NCBI GenBank assembly: GCA_965223665.1
Contig: OZ245011.1
Coordinates: 1,952,001 to 2,016,000 of the forward strand
Source of the DNA: Nitrospinaceae bacterium
GTDB lineage: Bacteria > Nitrospinota > Nitrospinia > Nitrospinales > Nitrospinaceae
Direction: 5' to 3'
Length of the DNA stretch: 64,000 bases
Shown here: in pieces, positions 30,085 through 39,960 of the stretch
How positions within the stretch are numbered: position 1 is the first letter of the stretch
Layout: the number at the start of each line of letters is the position of its first letter
Notes under the pieces: generated by a model
What the model saw: only the letters and a program-made list of their open reading frames with translations
Told to the model about the DNA's origin: nothing
The model's database searches: none
Position numbers and translations under genes: made by a program

Positions 30085-32337
30085 ATGTCCAACTACAAAG
30101 TTGATCAGGAATTTGAAAAGTCCAAGCTCAGGCAAACTGAGGAAATGCTCTATGGGCAGCATGAAATCCTCGAAATGCTGGCCGTGGGAATTCCTCTGGA
30201 TGATTGCATAAAAACCTTAATTTTGAACATGGAATCCCAGGTAGAAGGAATTGTGGGAGCCGTGTTTAAGTTGGACGAAACCCGCAGATATTTTAACACC
30301 CTGGCCGCTCCCAGCTTACCCAAGGAAGTTCGTCTCGCGTTCGACGGTTTTGAAGTGAATGAAAAAGTCGGCTCCTGTGGTCCGGCGGTGATATTGAATA
30401 AAGCCGTGGTTGTTGAAAATATTCAAACCGATCCGAAATGGGAAGGTTATAGAGATTTCGCCGAAGCCAATGAGTTTAGAGGATGTTGGTCCACTCCAAT
30501 CAGAGATGTTAAAGGACAACCCGTAGGAACGGTATGTTGTTTCTTTAACAAACCTCGAAAGCCCACCGAACAAGAAATTGATATTGTCAATATAGCGACC
30601 TACCTGGCCGGCATTGCCATTCAAATGAAAGAATTGGAAACGGTCAAAAGCAAGGCGGAAGAACAAAAACGAAAAAGCCTGGAACAAATGCGCTCCATAA
30701 TGGAAGGCACTTCCGCCCATACCGGAGAAGATTTTTTCAAATCTCTGGTTTATCAATTATCGGTTTCGTTAAATGTAAAATATACCCTGGTGACCCAGAA
30801 CCATGGAAAACTGAATAAAGCTTTGGCTTTCTGGAAGGGGGACCATTTTGTTTCCAACCTGGTATACGATACTTCGGATTGCCCCTGCAGAGATGTCATT
30901 GCACAAAAAACTCCTCAGGTCATTCCTTCCAATTTTCAAAAACTATATCCTAAAAAGACACCGCTGAATGAACTGGGAGTTGAGAGCTATTTGGGAATTC
31001 CTTTAGTCAACTCTGCCGGGCAAGTCATGGGAAATATCATAGTTATGGATACAAAACCTTTGACCGACCCTTCGCAGGCGCAAATGATCATGAACATTTT
31101 TGCATCTCGCGCCGAGGCGGAAATCATTCGCATTCAGATAGAAGAAGCTTTGGTGAGCGGTAAACAAAAATTAGAAAAAGCAAACCTGGCCAAATCCCAA
31201 TTCTTAGCGCGCATGAGCCACGAATTGAGAACCCCCATGAATTCTATTCTTGGGTTTTCGCAAATGCTGCAGCTTAATACCAGCAGCAATTTAAGCCCCA
31301 TGGAGTCGGAAAATATCAGGAAAATAAATAAAGCCGGCCAACACCTCTTGTCACTGATCAATGATATTTTGGATTTAAATCAAATTGAAGCCGACAAATT
31401 ACTGGTTGTCCCAAAATCGATTCAATTACATAAGCTGGTTCATGATGCTATCGACCTTATGCAGCCTGTGGCCGAGGACCACAAAATAGAACTGGTGTGC
31501 CAAGGCAGTTCGATGGATAGCGATGAGATTTTTGTGCTGGCGGATCCCTTGCGGTTAAAACAGGTTTTATTAAACCTGATTTCTAATGCAATCAAATTCA
31601 GCCCTGCAGGAAGCTCGGTGAATATTTCTTTTGAAAATGACCCGGATCAAAGAATCCATATTCAGGTCAAAGACTATGGAAAAGGAATCCCACAGGAATT
31701 TAAAAATAAATTGTTTGATCCATTTGAACGGGTTAATGATGACTCCCCGACAACAGAAGGTGCCGGCATTGGATTGACCATTACGAAAAAATTATTAGGC
31801 TTGATGAATGGTGAAATCGATTTTGAAAGCGAACTGAACCGGGGAACTACGTTCCACGTTTTTCTACCGAAAGGTGAAAACAATTCAGAAGAATCCGATG
31901 CAGAGACCGAAACCCAACAGGCTCCCAAAAACAACGAAACACAGGCACTCATCCTTTATATTGAAGATAACGCAACCAACTTAAGCTTAATGGAAGGTAT
32001 TTTTTCGTACAGAAAAAATATTCATTTAATAACCGCATCGGAAGCATTAAAAGGATTAAAAATGGCTCAGGAACATCAGCCTGATTTAATCCTGCTGGAC
32101 ATTAACTTACCCGGAATGAATGGAATTTCCGCAATGCGGGAACTGAAAAAATTTGAACAAACAAGAGACATCCCGGTTATCGCCGTAAGCGCGAACTCAA
32201 ACCAGTCCGACATTGATCGGACCCTTAAAGAAGGGTTCCAAACTTACATTTCCAAACCTTTCGAAGTGCAATCCTTCCTCGAAATCATTGATAACATCCT
32301 CGAAAAAACCAAGCCTCCGGAAAAAGCCATCGCTTAG
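30085..32337 (+). CDS. Hybrid sensor histidine kinase (GAF-GAF-HisKA-HATPase-REC)
   Basis: GSCG/CWSTPI GAF; ESYLGIPL GAF; MSHELRTPMN; NLISNAIKF; GAGIGL; LLDINLPGMNG. Confidence 0.93.
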   Translation: MSNYKVDQEFEKSKLRQTEEMLYGQHEILEMLAVGIPLDDCIKTLILNMESQVEGIVGAVFKLDETRRYFNTLAAPSLPKEVRLAFDGFEVNEKVGSCGPAVILNKAVVVENIQTDPKWEGYRDFAEANEFRGCWSTPIRDVKGQPVGTVCCFFNKPRKPTEQEIDIVNIATYLAGIAIQMKELETVKSKAEEQKRKSLEQMRSIMEGTSAHTGEDFFKSLVYQLSVSLNVKYTLVTQNHGKLNKALAFWKGDHFVSNLVYDTSDCPCRDVIAQKTPQVIPSNFQKLYPKKTPLNELGVESYLGIPLVNSAGQVMGNIIVMDTKPLTDPSQAQMIMNIFASRAEAEIIRIQIEEALVSGKQKLEKANLAKSQFLARMSHELRTPMNSILGFSQMLQLNTSSNLSPMESENIRKINKAGQHLLSLINDILDLNQIEADKLLVVPKSIQLHKLVHDAIDLMQPVAEDHKIELVCQGSSMDSDEIFVLADPLRLKQVLLNLISNAIKFSPAGSSVNISFENDPDQRIHIQVKDYGKGIPQEFKNKLFDPFERVNDDSPTTEGAGIGLTITKKLLGLMNGEIDFESELNRGTTFHVFLPKGENNSEESDAETETQQAPKNNETQALILYIEDNATNLSLMEGIFSYRKNIHLITASEALKGLKMAQEHQPDLILLDINLPGMNGISAMRELKKFEQTRDIPVIAVSANSNQSDIDRTLKEGFQTYISKPFEVQSFLEIIDNILEKTKPPEKAIA

Positions 32338-32382
32338 TGAGAGGGTAATTCATTCCTGTTCGTTAAACTTCACTAGGTTTAA

Positions 32383-33237
32383 TCAAACAGCTTCCTGTTT
32401 TTCTTCTACCCGATTCTCTGTGAGGAATTTGTAGGAAAGAGAAAGCGCGACGATGGTCACCGCCAAAAAGACAAAATTAAAAGCGGTTACTAAAGTTAAT
32501 TTAATAATACTAAAGTTTGGATTAAATATAATATCTCCTGGTTCGGGCTGAAGAAACGGAAGAATACCCATTATAAGAGACGGAAGAAAGGGAAGAATTC
32601 CTACAACAATAAATAATCGCCATCCATTCTTTTTAGACACTGTCCAGGCCCATTCAATGTTTCTATCTTCATCCACAGCCGTAGCGGGAAACAATAAGCT
32701 AAAGCGAGAAAAAAAATACGTAGATGGAATATGACACAATATCATAGTTAGAAAAATCCCACTTAAGCTACCCTCGCCTCCTGAAAAATCTGATAAAGAT
32801 ATTTTTAACTCAGATAAAAGACCCATTAAGAACATTATTATGAAAAAACTTAAAATATAGACCAAAGGTAAAGCAATGGCTAAACCGGTAAACCTGAATT
32901 CTCTTTTTCCCCAACCCAGCATTCCAAATTTTGGCACTGCTTCATCCGGTAAAATAACTAACCGGTGGCAAGTGATGGCAAATAAAATATATAGCATCAT
33001 ACTAATTAACGAAATCAATATTCCTGGTAAAATCATGGAAGGTCCGGGTATATCTCCGGGTTCTAGTTCTACATCTATAAAAAAGAGGGGAAACACGGAA
33101 AACATAACAAGAACCAAAAACGGAACCAATAAAGCCAGCCCAAACCGTGACCGTCTTTCCCAAACCGTTTGAAACGCTTGAATCACGATTTCAAATGCAG
33201 GAAGTTTGGGATACTCTTTCATATTAGTTTCTGTCAT
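32383..33237 (-). CDS. Multi-pass membrane protein
   Basis: About 6 TM helices; AITCHRLVIL, RFSLLFPATAVD. Confidence 0.8.
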   Translation of the reverse strand: MTETNMKEYPKLPAFEIVIQAFQTVWERRSRFGLALLVPFLVLVMFSVFPLFFIDVELEPGDIPGPSMILPGILISLISMMLYILFAITCHRLVILPDEAVPKFGMLGWGKREFRFTGLAIALPLVYILSFFIIMFLMGLLSELKISLSDFSGGEGSLSGIFLTMILCHIPSTYFFSRFSLLFPATAVDEDRNIEWAWTVSKKNGWRLFIVVGILPFLPSLIMGILPFLQPEPGDIIFNPNFSIIKLTLVTAFNFVFLAVTIVALSLSYKFLTENRVEEKQEAV

Positions 33238-33893
33238 TCTTCAATGTCCTATTTATAATTCAGTGGATTGTACCTACTAACTACTTTTAAATCAAAATTA
33301 CTTTGGGTGAAGAATATTTTAGAATCTCTATTACCAGAAGTTTTAACAAAGTGAAGTTCCTCCAAATTCAATAATGTCAGGTAGAAAAGGCTCGCTTTCT
33401 TTCTATATCCTCCACGAGTTTGACCCGAATAAATTTCTAAAATTTGGGCCAAATCGCTGGGAAAATGCTCTAAAATCTCCATAAGATTCCCTGGAATTTT
33501 GTCAATTTTTAGGTACTTTTCCCATTTTTGACACGAGTTTGTTCCTTATATATATAGGCAAACTAAACCCATAAATTTTCTCTATTTTTTCGCCATTAAA
33601 AAACTTCTCTCCCAATTAAGATTTTCCCGGACTAAACTCCCAAAACATCTGAATAACGCCACTCTACGCATTCCCGATAAAATCGAATTAGAACTATCTG
33701 AGATACCTGTTTAAATATGCCCTTTTGAGCCAATTGTAAATCCTTAATTTTTCCTGACTTAATGCTCAAAATAGCATTACTTTCAAATAGTTATATAATT
33801 ATTCCGAAATTTATATTATGTTTAAGTTTCTTTAAGTACGTTCCCACCGTGAAATGAAATCTCAAAACGCAATATTAATTCATGGAGGGTAAT

Positions 33894-35438
33894 ATGAAGA
33901 TAAAGGTCCAAACAGCTTTACTCAGTGGTTTGTGGTTGCTGGCACTAGTTTCCATGGCCCAGGCGCAGTTGACCGACATTATCAACACGCCAAACACTGC
34001 CAACGAAGGAATCAAAAAATCCTACAGTGAACAAATTGGAGTGGGACGTGGCGATCCCAACGTTGCAGAAAACTCTTCCGCGTGTCTCATCGCCCACGAT
34101 CCCTTTCGGGCCATCGCGCGCGGACGTCAATTATTCCAAAGAAAATTCAATGTCGCACAAGGTTTCGGTCCGCTCACAAATGACGGAGTCGGAGATATCG
34201 AAACCGGCGGCTCTCATGGAGCCGGGCTGGTGGACAGTTGCGCCGGATGCCACGGACGCCCCAGAGGATCCGCAGGCTTTGGCGGTAACGTATTCACCCG
34301 ACCCGACAGCCGCGACGCACCTCACTTATTTGGTTTGGGACTCGTTGAGCAAATCGCTGATGAAATCACCACCGATCTGCGCAATATTCGACGCGCCGCA
34401 CTTGCCCGCGCCGCCAGCGAGGGGAACCCTGTACGAGTGCGACTGCGTTCCAAAGGAACACGCTACGGTCACCTGACCGCGTTTCCTGACGGCACCGTCG
34501 ACATTTCCGAAGTGAACGGCGTCAATCCCGACTTACGCGTCCGACCGTTCTTCGCAGAAGGGTCCACCATTTCCATTCGCGAGTTTGTCGTCGGAGCGCT
34601 GAATGCCGAAATGGGTATGGAATCATTCGATCCGGATCTCGTCAACGCGCAAACCGGTCAAGTCACCACTCCTTCCGGCATGGTACTCGATGGCACCACC
34701 GACAGTATCGAAAAAACGATTGCCACATCAGAAACCGATGATCCCGATGGCGACGGCACCCTGCATGAAGTTCCACAGGCGGCAGTCGATTATCTGGAGT
34801 TTTATCTGCTCAACTATTTCAAACCGGGCACCTATAAACAAAATTCCAAAACCGAAGCCGGTCGTCGTCTGTTCCGGGAAATGCGTTGCACTCAGTGCCA
34901 CACTCCGAACATGACCGTTCAGAAAGATCGCCGCGTCGCGGATGTGGAAACTCAATACGATGCCGCCAACGGCAATCCGTTCAGTGGACTGTTTGCCACC
35001 GCGGAAGCGTTGACCGAGGACCGGTTCGTGGTGCGCGGAATTTATGCAGACTTTAAACGCCACGACCTCGGCCCCAACTTTTGGGAACGAAATTTTGACG
35101 GCACCCTGCAAAAAGAGTTCATGACCGAACCGCTTTGGGGCGTAGGGTCAACACCGCCTTACGGTCATGATGGACGAAGTCAAAACCTGCGCGAAGTGAT
35201 CCTGCGTCACGGCGGCGAAGCGAGGAACTCTCGCAACCGTTATGCCAACGCAGGCACCACCAACCAGGATCTGATCATCCATTTCCTGAACTCGCTAGTC
35301 CTGTTCGGTCCCCCGGACACGCCTTCGAACCTGGACCCGAAGGCACCGTCCACCGCGGGCTATCCACAATTCGGCCACGGCAGTATCGACCTCAGCGTCC
35401 TGTTCACCGATGCGTGCCAGGTCACCGGAGCGGAATAA
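33894..35438 (+). CDS. Di-heme oxidoreductase (DHOR-like) family protein
   Basis: GGAGG RBS; signal peptide; CAGCH and CTQCH heme motifs; PHLFGLG, TEPLWGVG, YGHDGR. Confidence 0.88.
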   Translation: MKIKVQTALLSGLWLLALVSMAQAQLTDIINTPNTANEGIKKSYSEQIGVGRGDPNVAENSSACLIAHDPFRAIARGRQLFQRKFNVAQGFGPLTNDGVGDIETGGSHGAGLVDSCAGCHGRPRGSAGFGGNVFTRPDSRDAPHLFGLGLVEQIADEITTDLRNIRRAALARAASEGNPVRVRLRSKGTRYGHLTAFPDGTVDISEVNGVNPDLRVRPFFAEGSTISIREFVVGALNAEMGMESFDPDLVNAQTGQVTTPSGMVLDGTTDSIEKTIATSETDDPDGDGTLHEVPQAAVDYLEFYLLNYFKPGTYKQNSKTEAGRRLFREMRCTQCHTPNMTVQKDRRVADVETQYDAANGNPFSGLFATAEALTEDRFVVRGIYADFKRHDLGPNFWERNFDGTLQKEFMTEPLWGVGSTPPYGHDGRSQNLREVILRHGGEARNSRNRYANAGTTNQDLIIHFLNSLVLFGPPDTPSNLDPKAPSTAGYPQFGHGSIDLSVLFTDACQVTGAE

Positions 35439-35463
35439 AAAAGTTCCATTCCACCGTTTCTTC

Positions 35464-35496
35464 AACCCGGGAGTCCATTGGGCTCCCGGGTTTTTT
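35464..35496 (+). terminator. Rho-independent terminator
   Basis: AACCCGGGAG..CTCCCGGGTT followed by TTTT. Confidence 0.85.
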
Positions 35497-35514
35497 ATTG
35501 AATATAACGATTTA

Positions 35515-35548
35515 CCCCCTCTTTCCTAAAGAGGGCTGGGGTGATTGA
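35515..35548. repeat. REP-like element copy
   Basis: CCCTCTTTCCTAAAGAGGGCTGGGGTGATT, near-identical to 16928. Confidence 0.7.
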
Positions 35549-35943
35549 CCGCCTGGGGTTTCCGGTCCCGGCCAAAGGCAACAGTTCCCCTCCAATAAAA
35601 TCCCCAACACGATACAACTTTCCACAAATTATTTCTCTTCCGATACCTTCTAAAAACCCAAAGGTTGAAAAAGGTTTCGAAACCATATCGGCTAAGCCAT
35701 ATCTTTTTTTCAGAACTCCATCAAAATCAACTACTTAAAAAATAGTATTTGACATGATTTGGATTATAGAATAATTTGCAAAAGACTAAAATAGTTTTGA
35801 TTTGATAGTAATACACAGCGAACACAAACTGGTTTGAGGTGAGAGATCTCTAAGGCAGCATATCGCTCAAAATTGCTCACGCCCAAGTCTCGCCTTCCAG
35901 CCATTCATTTTAACGGTGGTTTTTCTCGAACTCGGTGGTTCTT

Positions 35944-38900
35944 ATGAAAACGAAACATGTCAGCTTAGCAATCAGTTTTATTCTTTCTCTATTCTTATTC
36001 ACTTCCATCGCCTTGGGCGCAACCGTAACGACCGAACTGCGCAACGGCGAAAACGGCTATACCGGAACGCAGGACACTTACGTCCGCGAAGCCCTGCCCA
36101 ATGATAATTTTGGCGGCGAATCCGGCTTCCGCGCTGACGGAGACAATGGAGGTGAAGACCTCGCATTCATTTCATGGGATCTGTCCTCCATCCCCACCGA
36201 TGCTGTTTTGCAATCGGCGGTGATCCGTTTCGATGTGTTCGATACCACCACCGGCAGTTATGAATTGCTGGAGATGTCCGGGTCCTGGGATGAAGACACC
36301 CTCACCTGGAACACGCTTAACACCGGCGACATTGGCACCACCGCTTTGGCCACCATCACCAGTCCACCGACCGGTACTTTGGATGTCACACTCAACGCCA
36401 CCGCGTTAACTTTAATCACTGAATGGATCGACGGAACAACCACTAATAACGGCTTTGCTTTGCAAAGCACCGGCACCACCGACGGAATCGTGATGTCCTC
36501 CAGTGAGAAAAGCACCGGAACCAAAAGGCCCCGACTCTCTTTAACGTACACCACCAACACCACCACCGATACCTTTCAGGAAGGCGTGGCCGGATACACC
36601 GGCACCGAAGATACTTATGTGCATGAGTCCGATCCCACGTCCACCCATGGCAGTGAATCCGGTTTTCGTGCGGATGGCCAGAAAACTGTCGGCGGCGGCG
36701 TGGGAGAAGACATCGGGTTCGTCACGTGGGATATCTCTTCCATTCCCTCGAACGCGACGGTGTTATGGGCCAAGATTGATTTTGAAATTTACGACGGCAG
36801 CGCCGGCACTTATGACCTTTTCGAAATGCAGGAAACCTGGGACGAAGCAACCCTGAACTGGAACAACTTGAACACGGCGAATATCGGCTCAACTTCTTTG
36901 GCGGGAATTCCCAGCACCACACCCGGGCCTATAGAAATCGTTCTCAACAGCACCGGGTTGAACGTTCTGCAAGACTGGATCGATGGCACCGCCACCAACT
37001 ACGGCTTCGCCATTCGCAGTGCCGGAACGTATGACGGTATCACTTTCAACTCCAGTGAAAAATCCATAGTCGACACCCGACCGCGACTGACCGTACGCTA
37101 CAACACCCAGGCCCAACAGGTCGCCCCGGTCACATTCAATCCGAACGGCGGCACCTTTGTCGGCAATGTCTCGGTGACGTTATCCACCACCACCGCAGGA
37201 GCGGATATTTATTATACGTTGGATGGGTCCACTCCCACCACCAGCTCCACCCTGTACACCGGAGCGATTTCCCTAGGCGCAGCAACCGAAGTGAACGCGT
37301 TCGCGGTGAAATCCGGGCTCACCGACAGCGACGTAACCAGCGCCGAGTTTATCCGAATTCCGGAGGACCCTGCATTGGTGGCCAATGATATAGACAACAC
37401 TCTGCTTTACGACGTGGGCAAGAACAGTGAATTTTTATATACCGGTAGCGACCCGATTCAAACGGGAGTGGATCCCATGGACATCGACGCAGTACGCGCC
37501 TCCGTCATTCGCGGGCAGGTGTTGCAGCTCGACATGAATGCCGCCGACCCGGCCAACGCACCACCGATTCCATTAGGCGGTGCCACGGTGACAATCCTCG
37601 GTCATGACGACCCGGCAGACCCGGAGTACTACGGGCAGACCGTCACCCGCGCCGACGGGTTTTACGACATGGCCGTGAACGGTGGCGGACAACTGACAGT
37701 CAATGTGAAACGATCCGGCTACCTACCCTCCCAGCGCAAAGTCGAAGTCCCCTGGCATGATTTTGCAGTGGTGGAGAATATGTTGTTAATGGAAAAAGAT
37801 CCGAATGCAACTGTAATTAATCTTTCTACGATTACTGAGGCTACCGAAGCACGAGGCAGCGTGGTTACGGACGTTGACGGTACACGTCAGGCGACGGTGT
37901 TATTTTTACCCGGTACCACAGCAGAACGGGTGTACGAAGACGGAACTAAGGAAGATATTTCCAGTCAAATCACGGTTCATGCAACCGAATACACCGTAGG
38001 CGATAATGGGCCGATGGCGATGCCGGCCTTACTGCCCGGCACTTCCGCTTATACGTACATGGTTAATTTTACGGTAGACGAAGCCGAGAGTGTCGGTGCC
38101 CCTTTTGTGGAGTTTAGCCAGCCGGTGTACGGTTACGTTGAAAACTTTTTGGACGTGAAAGCGGGACAAGTAGTTCCGAACGGTTACTATGATCGGGTGC
38201 AAGGAAAATGGATTCCGGAGGACAATGGTCTCGTGGTCAAAATTATGAGTATTGATACTACGGGAACCACTCCTATTGCTGAGTTGGATTTGGATGGTGA
38301 TAATGACCACGATAATGATGATGATACCCTTGAAACAACTTATAACTTTTCCACTGAAGAACTTGAAAAACTGGCATCCCTCTACCAGGCCGGTGACAGT
38401 ATGTGGCGTGTTCCGATGGAACACTTTTCTGATTGGAATTATCCCATCGCGGTTGTCATAGATGCCATTCTTGATGTTTCGGCAGAAGAGGGAAAAACGG
38501 TGAATGAAAATGTCTCTGCCGTTTGTGACATTTGCAAAAGATCCACTATCCAGGTGCAAGGCCAAATCTATGGTGAAGAAGTCGCCATTCCCGGAACACC
38601 GTTCACCTTGCATTACAACAGTGATCGGGTGCGGGGTACCAAAACAGGCGCTACGCTAGATATTCCCCTCATCGACTCCCGATTAAATTTAGGCTCCAGC
38701 AGTATTGTAAAAATTCACTTAACAGTAGACGTAGCTGGAGTTCGAAAAACGGAGGTCTTTGATCGTGTTTCCGGAAATAGCATTCCGGATATCACACCGA
38801 CCCTGGTACACCGGTTCGAATGGGATGGATTAGACGCTTATGGTCGTGATGTGGTGGGAGTAGCCGGGGCAAAAATCACTATTGGTTACGAGTACCCCAC

Positions 38901-39960
38901 GGCTGAATATGGTGCGCCCGCTCAGTTTGCTACCCCTTCACCGAGTGTGAAATTGGAAGCTTCTGATGGCGTAAGCAATGTGTTATCACGGACCAATGTT
39001 ATTTTCAGCCAGTCTTATATCAAACAAGTCAACGTCAATGATTTCCGTCCCCTCGGTTTAGGCGGTTGGACCGTAGACGCCAACCACGTTTATGAATTTT
39101 TCAGTCCGGGTCTGCATCTCGGTCCCGGTCCCAGAAGAACAACTAAAACTCTAAATACGGCGGCCAGCATCTTTGCAGACACGCAAAGTGGAGGAGTAAC
39201 TTTTCCGGATTGGCTAGATGTTGATTCTGTAGGAAACGTTTTTTTTGCAACCAACTGTCATATTTGGAAAGCTGATCTTTCTGGGAACATTACCGACATC
39301 ATGGGATTGAACGGACCGAATTGTACCGGCCCCCCTCCGTTGAGTGGTGATGGCCAATTGGCCAGAAATCAGCCACTAATCAATGTTAGAGGTTTGGATG
39401 TAGATGACGAAGGTAATATATATTTTTATGATGCCGATAATACCCTCCCTCTCCAACCTGTTATTGGAAAAATAGACACCAGTGGAATTCTTCATATTAT
39501 TTTAGGAGGAAATGATCGCGGATTTTCCGGGGAGGGTGGTCCGTCCATTAACGCCCAGGTAAATGCTCTAGGCGAAATGGTAGTGGACAAGGAGGGAAAT
39601 ATTTACCTCGCCGATTCTGAAAACAATCGAATCCGCAAAATAGATACCGCAGGAATCATCACCACAGTCGCAGGGAATGGAAACCAGGGTAGTTCCGGAA
39701 TGACCAATACTCAATTAGGGCATGAAGGACCCGCTACGGATTTCACGCTTGGAAAACCCAATTATTTAACAATTGATAGTAAAGGAAATCTCTATGCAGC
39801 TTCAAGTCATTTGAAGAGAATCATTAAAATTGATACAAATGGAATTGCTACTGTTCTTGTGGGTAGCCATCACCCCTTAACGGATCCATTTTTGGAAGGA
39901 GTGGAAGGGAGTGGAAGGGACCAGTTTCTCATTCCATTCAATTTCTGCTCTCACCATTGA
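35944..39960 (+). CDS. Teneurin-like/RHS protein, N-terminal part (signal peptide, 2x DNRLRE, Fn3/chitobiase-like, carboxypeptidase-regulatory-like, NHL repeats); frameshifted
   Basis: DTYV..WDLSSIP twice; IYYTLDGSTPT; TRADGFYDMAVNGGG; WDGLDAYGR; GLGGWT; NHL GNIYLADSENNRIRKI. Confidence 0.85.
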   Translation: MKTKHVSLAISFILSLFLFTSIALGATVTTELRNGENGYTGTQDTYVREALPNDNFGGESGFRADGDNGGEDLAFISWDLSSIPTDAVLQSAVIRFDVFDTTTGSYELLEMSGSWDEDTLTWNTLNTGDIGTTALATITSPPTGTLDVTLNATALTLITEWIDGTTTNNGFALQSTGTTDGIVMSSSEKSTGTKRPRLSLTYTTNTTTDTFQEGVAGYTGTEDTYVHESDPTSTHGSESGFRADGQKTVGGGVGEDIGFVTWDISSIPSNATVLWAKIDFEIYDGSAGTYDLFEMQETWDEATLNWNNLNTANIGSTSLAGIPSTTPGPIEIVLNSTGLNVLQDWIDGTATNYGFAIRSAGTYDGITFNSSEKSIVDTRPRLTVRYNTQAQQVAPVTFNPNGGTFVGNVSVTLSTTTAGADIYYTLDGSTPTTSSTLYTGAISLGAATEVNAFAVKSGLTDSDVTSAEFIRIPEDPALVANDIDNTLLYDVGKNSEFLYTGSDPIQTGVDPMDIDAVRASVIRGQVLQLDMNAADPANAPPIPLGGATVTILGHDDPADPEYYGQTVTRADGFYDMAVNGGGQLTVNVKRSGYLPSQRKVEVPWHDFAVVENMLLMEKDPNATVINLSTITEATEARGSVVTDVDGTRQATVLFLPGTTAERVYEDGTKEDISSQITVHATEYTVGDNGPMAMPALLPGTSAYTYMVNFTVDEAESVGAPFVEFSQPVYGYVENFLDVKAGQVVPNGYYDRVQGKWIPEDNGLVVKIMSIDTTGTTPIAELDLDGDNDHDNDDDTLETTYNFSTEELEKLASLYQAGDSMWRVPMEHFSDWNYPIAVVIDAILDVSAEEGKTVNENVSAVCDICKRSTIQVQGQIYGEEVAIPGTPFTLHYNSDRVRGTKTGATLDIPLIDSRLNLGSSSIVKIHLTVDVAGVRKTEVFDRVSGNSIPDITPTLVHRFEWDGLDAYGRDVVGVAGAKITIGYEYPTAEYGAPAQFATPSPSVKLEASDGVSNVLSRTNVIFSQSYIKQVNVNDFRPLGLGGWTVDANHVYEFFSPGLHLGPGPRRTTKTLNTAASIFADTQSGGVTFPDWLDVDSVGNVFFATNCHIWKADLSGNITDIMGLNGPNCTGPPPLSGDGQLARNQPLINVRGLDVDDEGNIYFYDADNTLPLQPVIGKIDTSGILHIILGGNDRGFSGEGGPSINAQVNALGEMVVDKEGNIYLADSENNRIRKIDTAGIITTVAGNGNQGSSGMTNTQLGHEGPATDFTLGKPNYLTIDSKGNLYAASSHLKRIIKIDTNGIATVLVGSHHPLTDPFLEGVEGSGRDQFLIPFNFCSHH
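39901..39920 (+). repeat. Perfect 10-bp tandem duplication (GTGGAAGGGA)x2 causing the frameshift
   Basis: Removing one copy fuses both ORFs: FLEGVEGTSFSFHSISALTIDKDDNIYF. Confidence 0.9.

Noticed and set aside
33249-33482. 77-aa minus-strand ORF
   Set aside because: No recognisable motif; cannot be distinguished from a chance ORF
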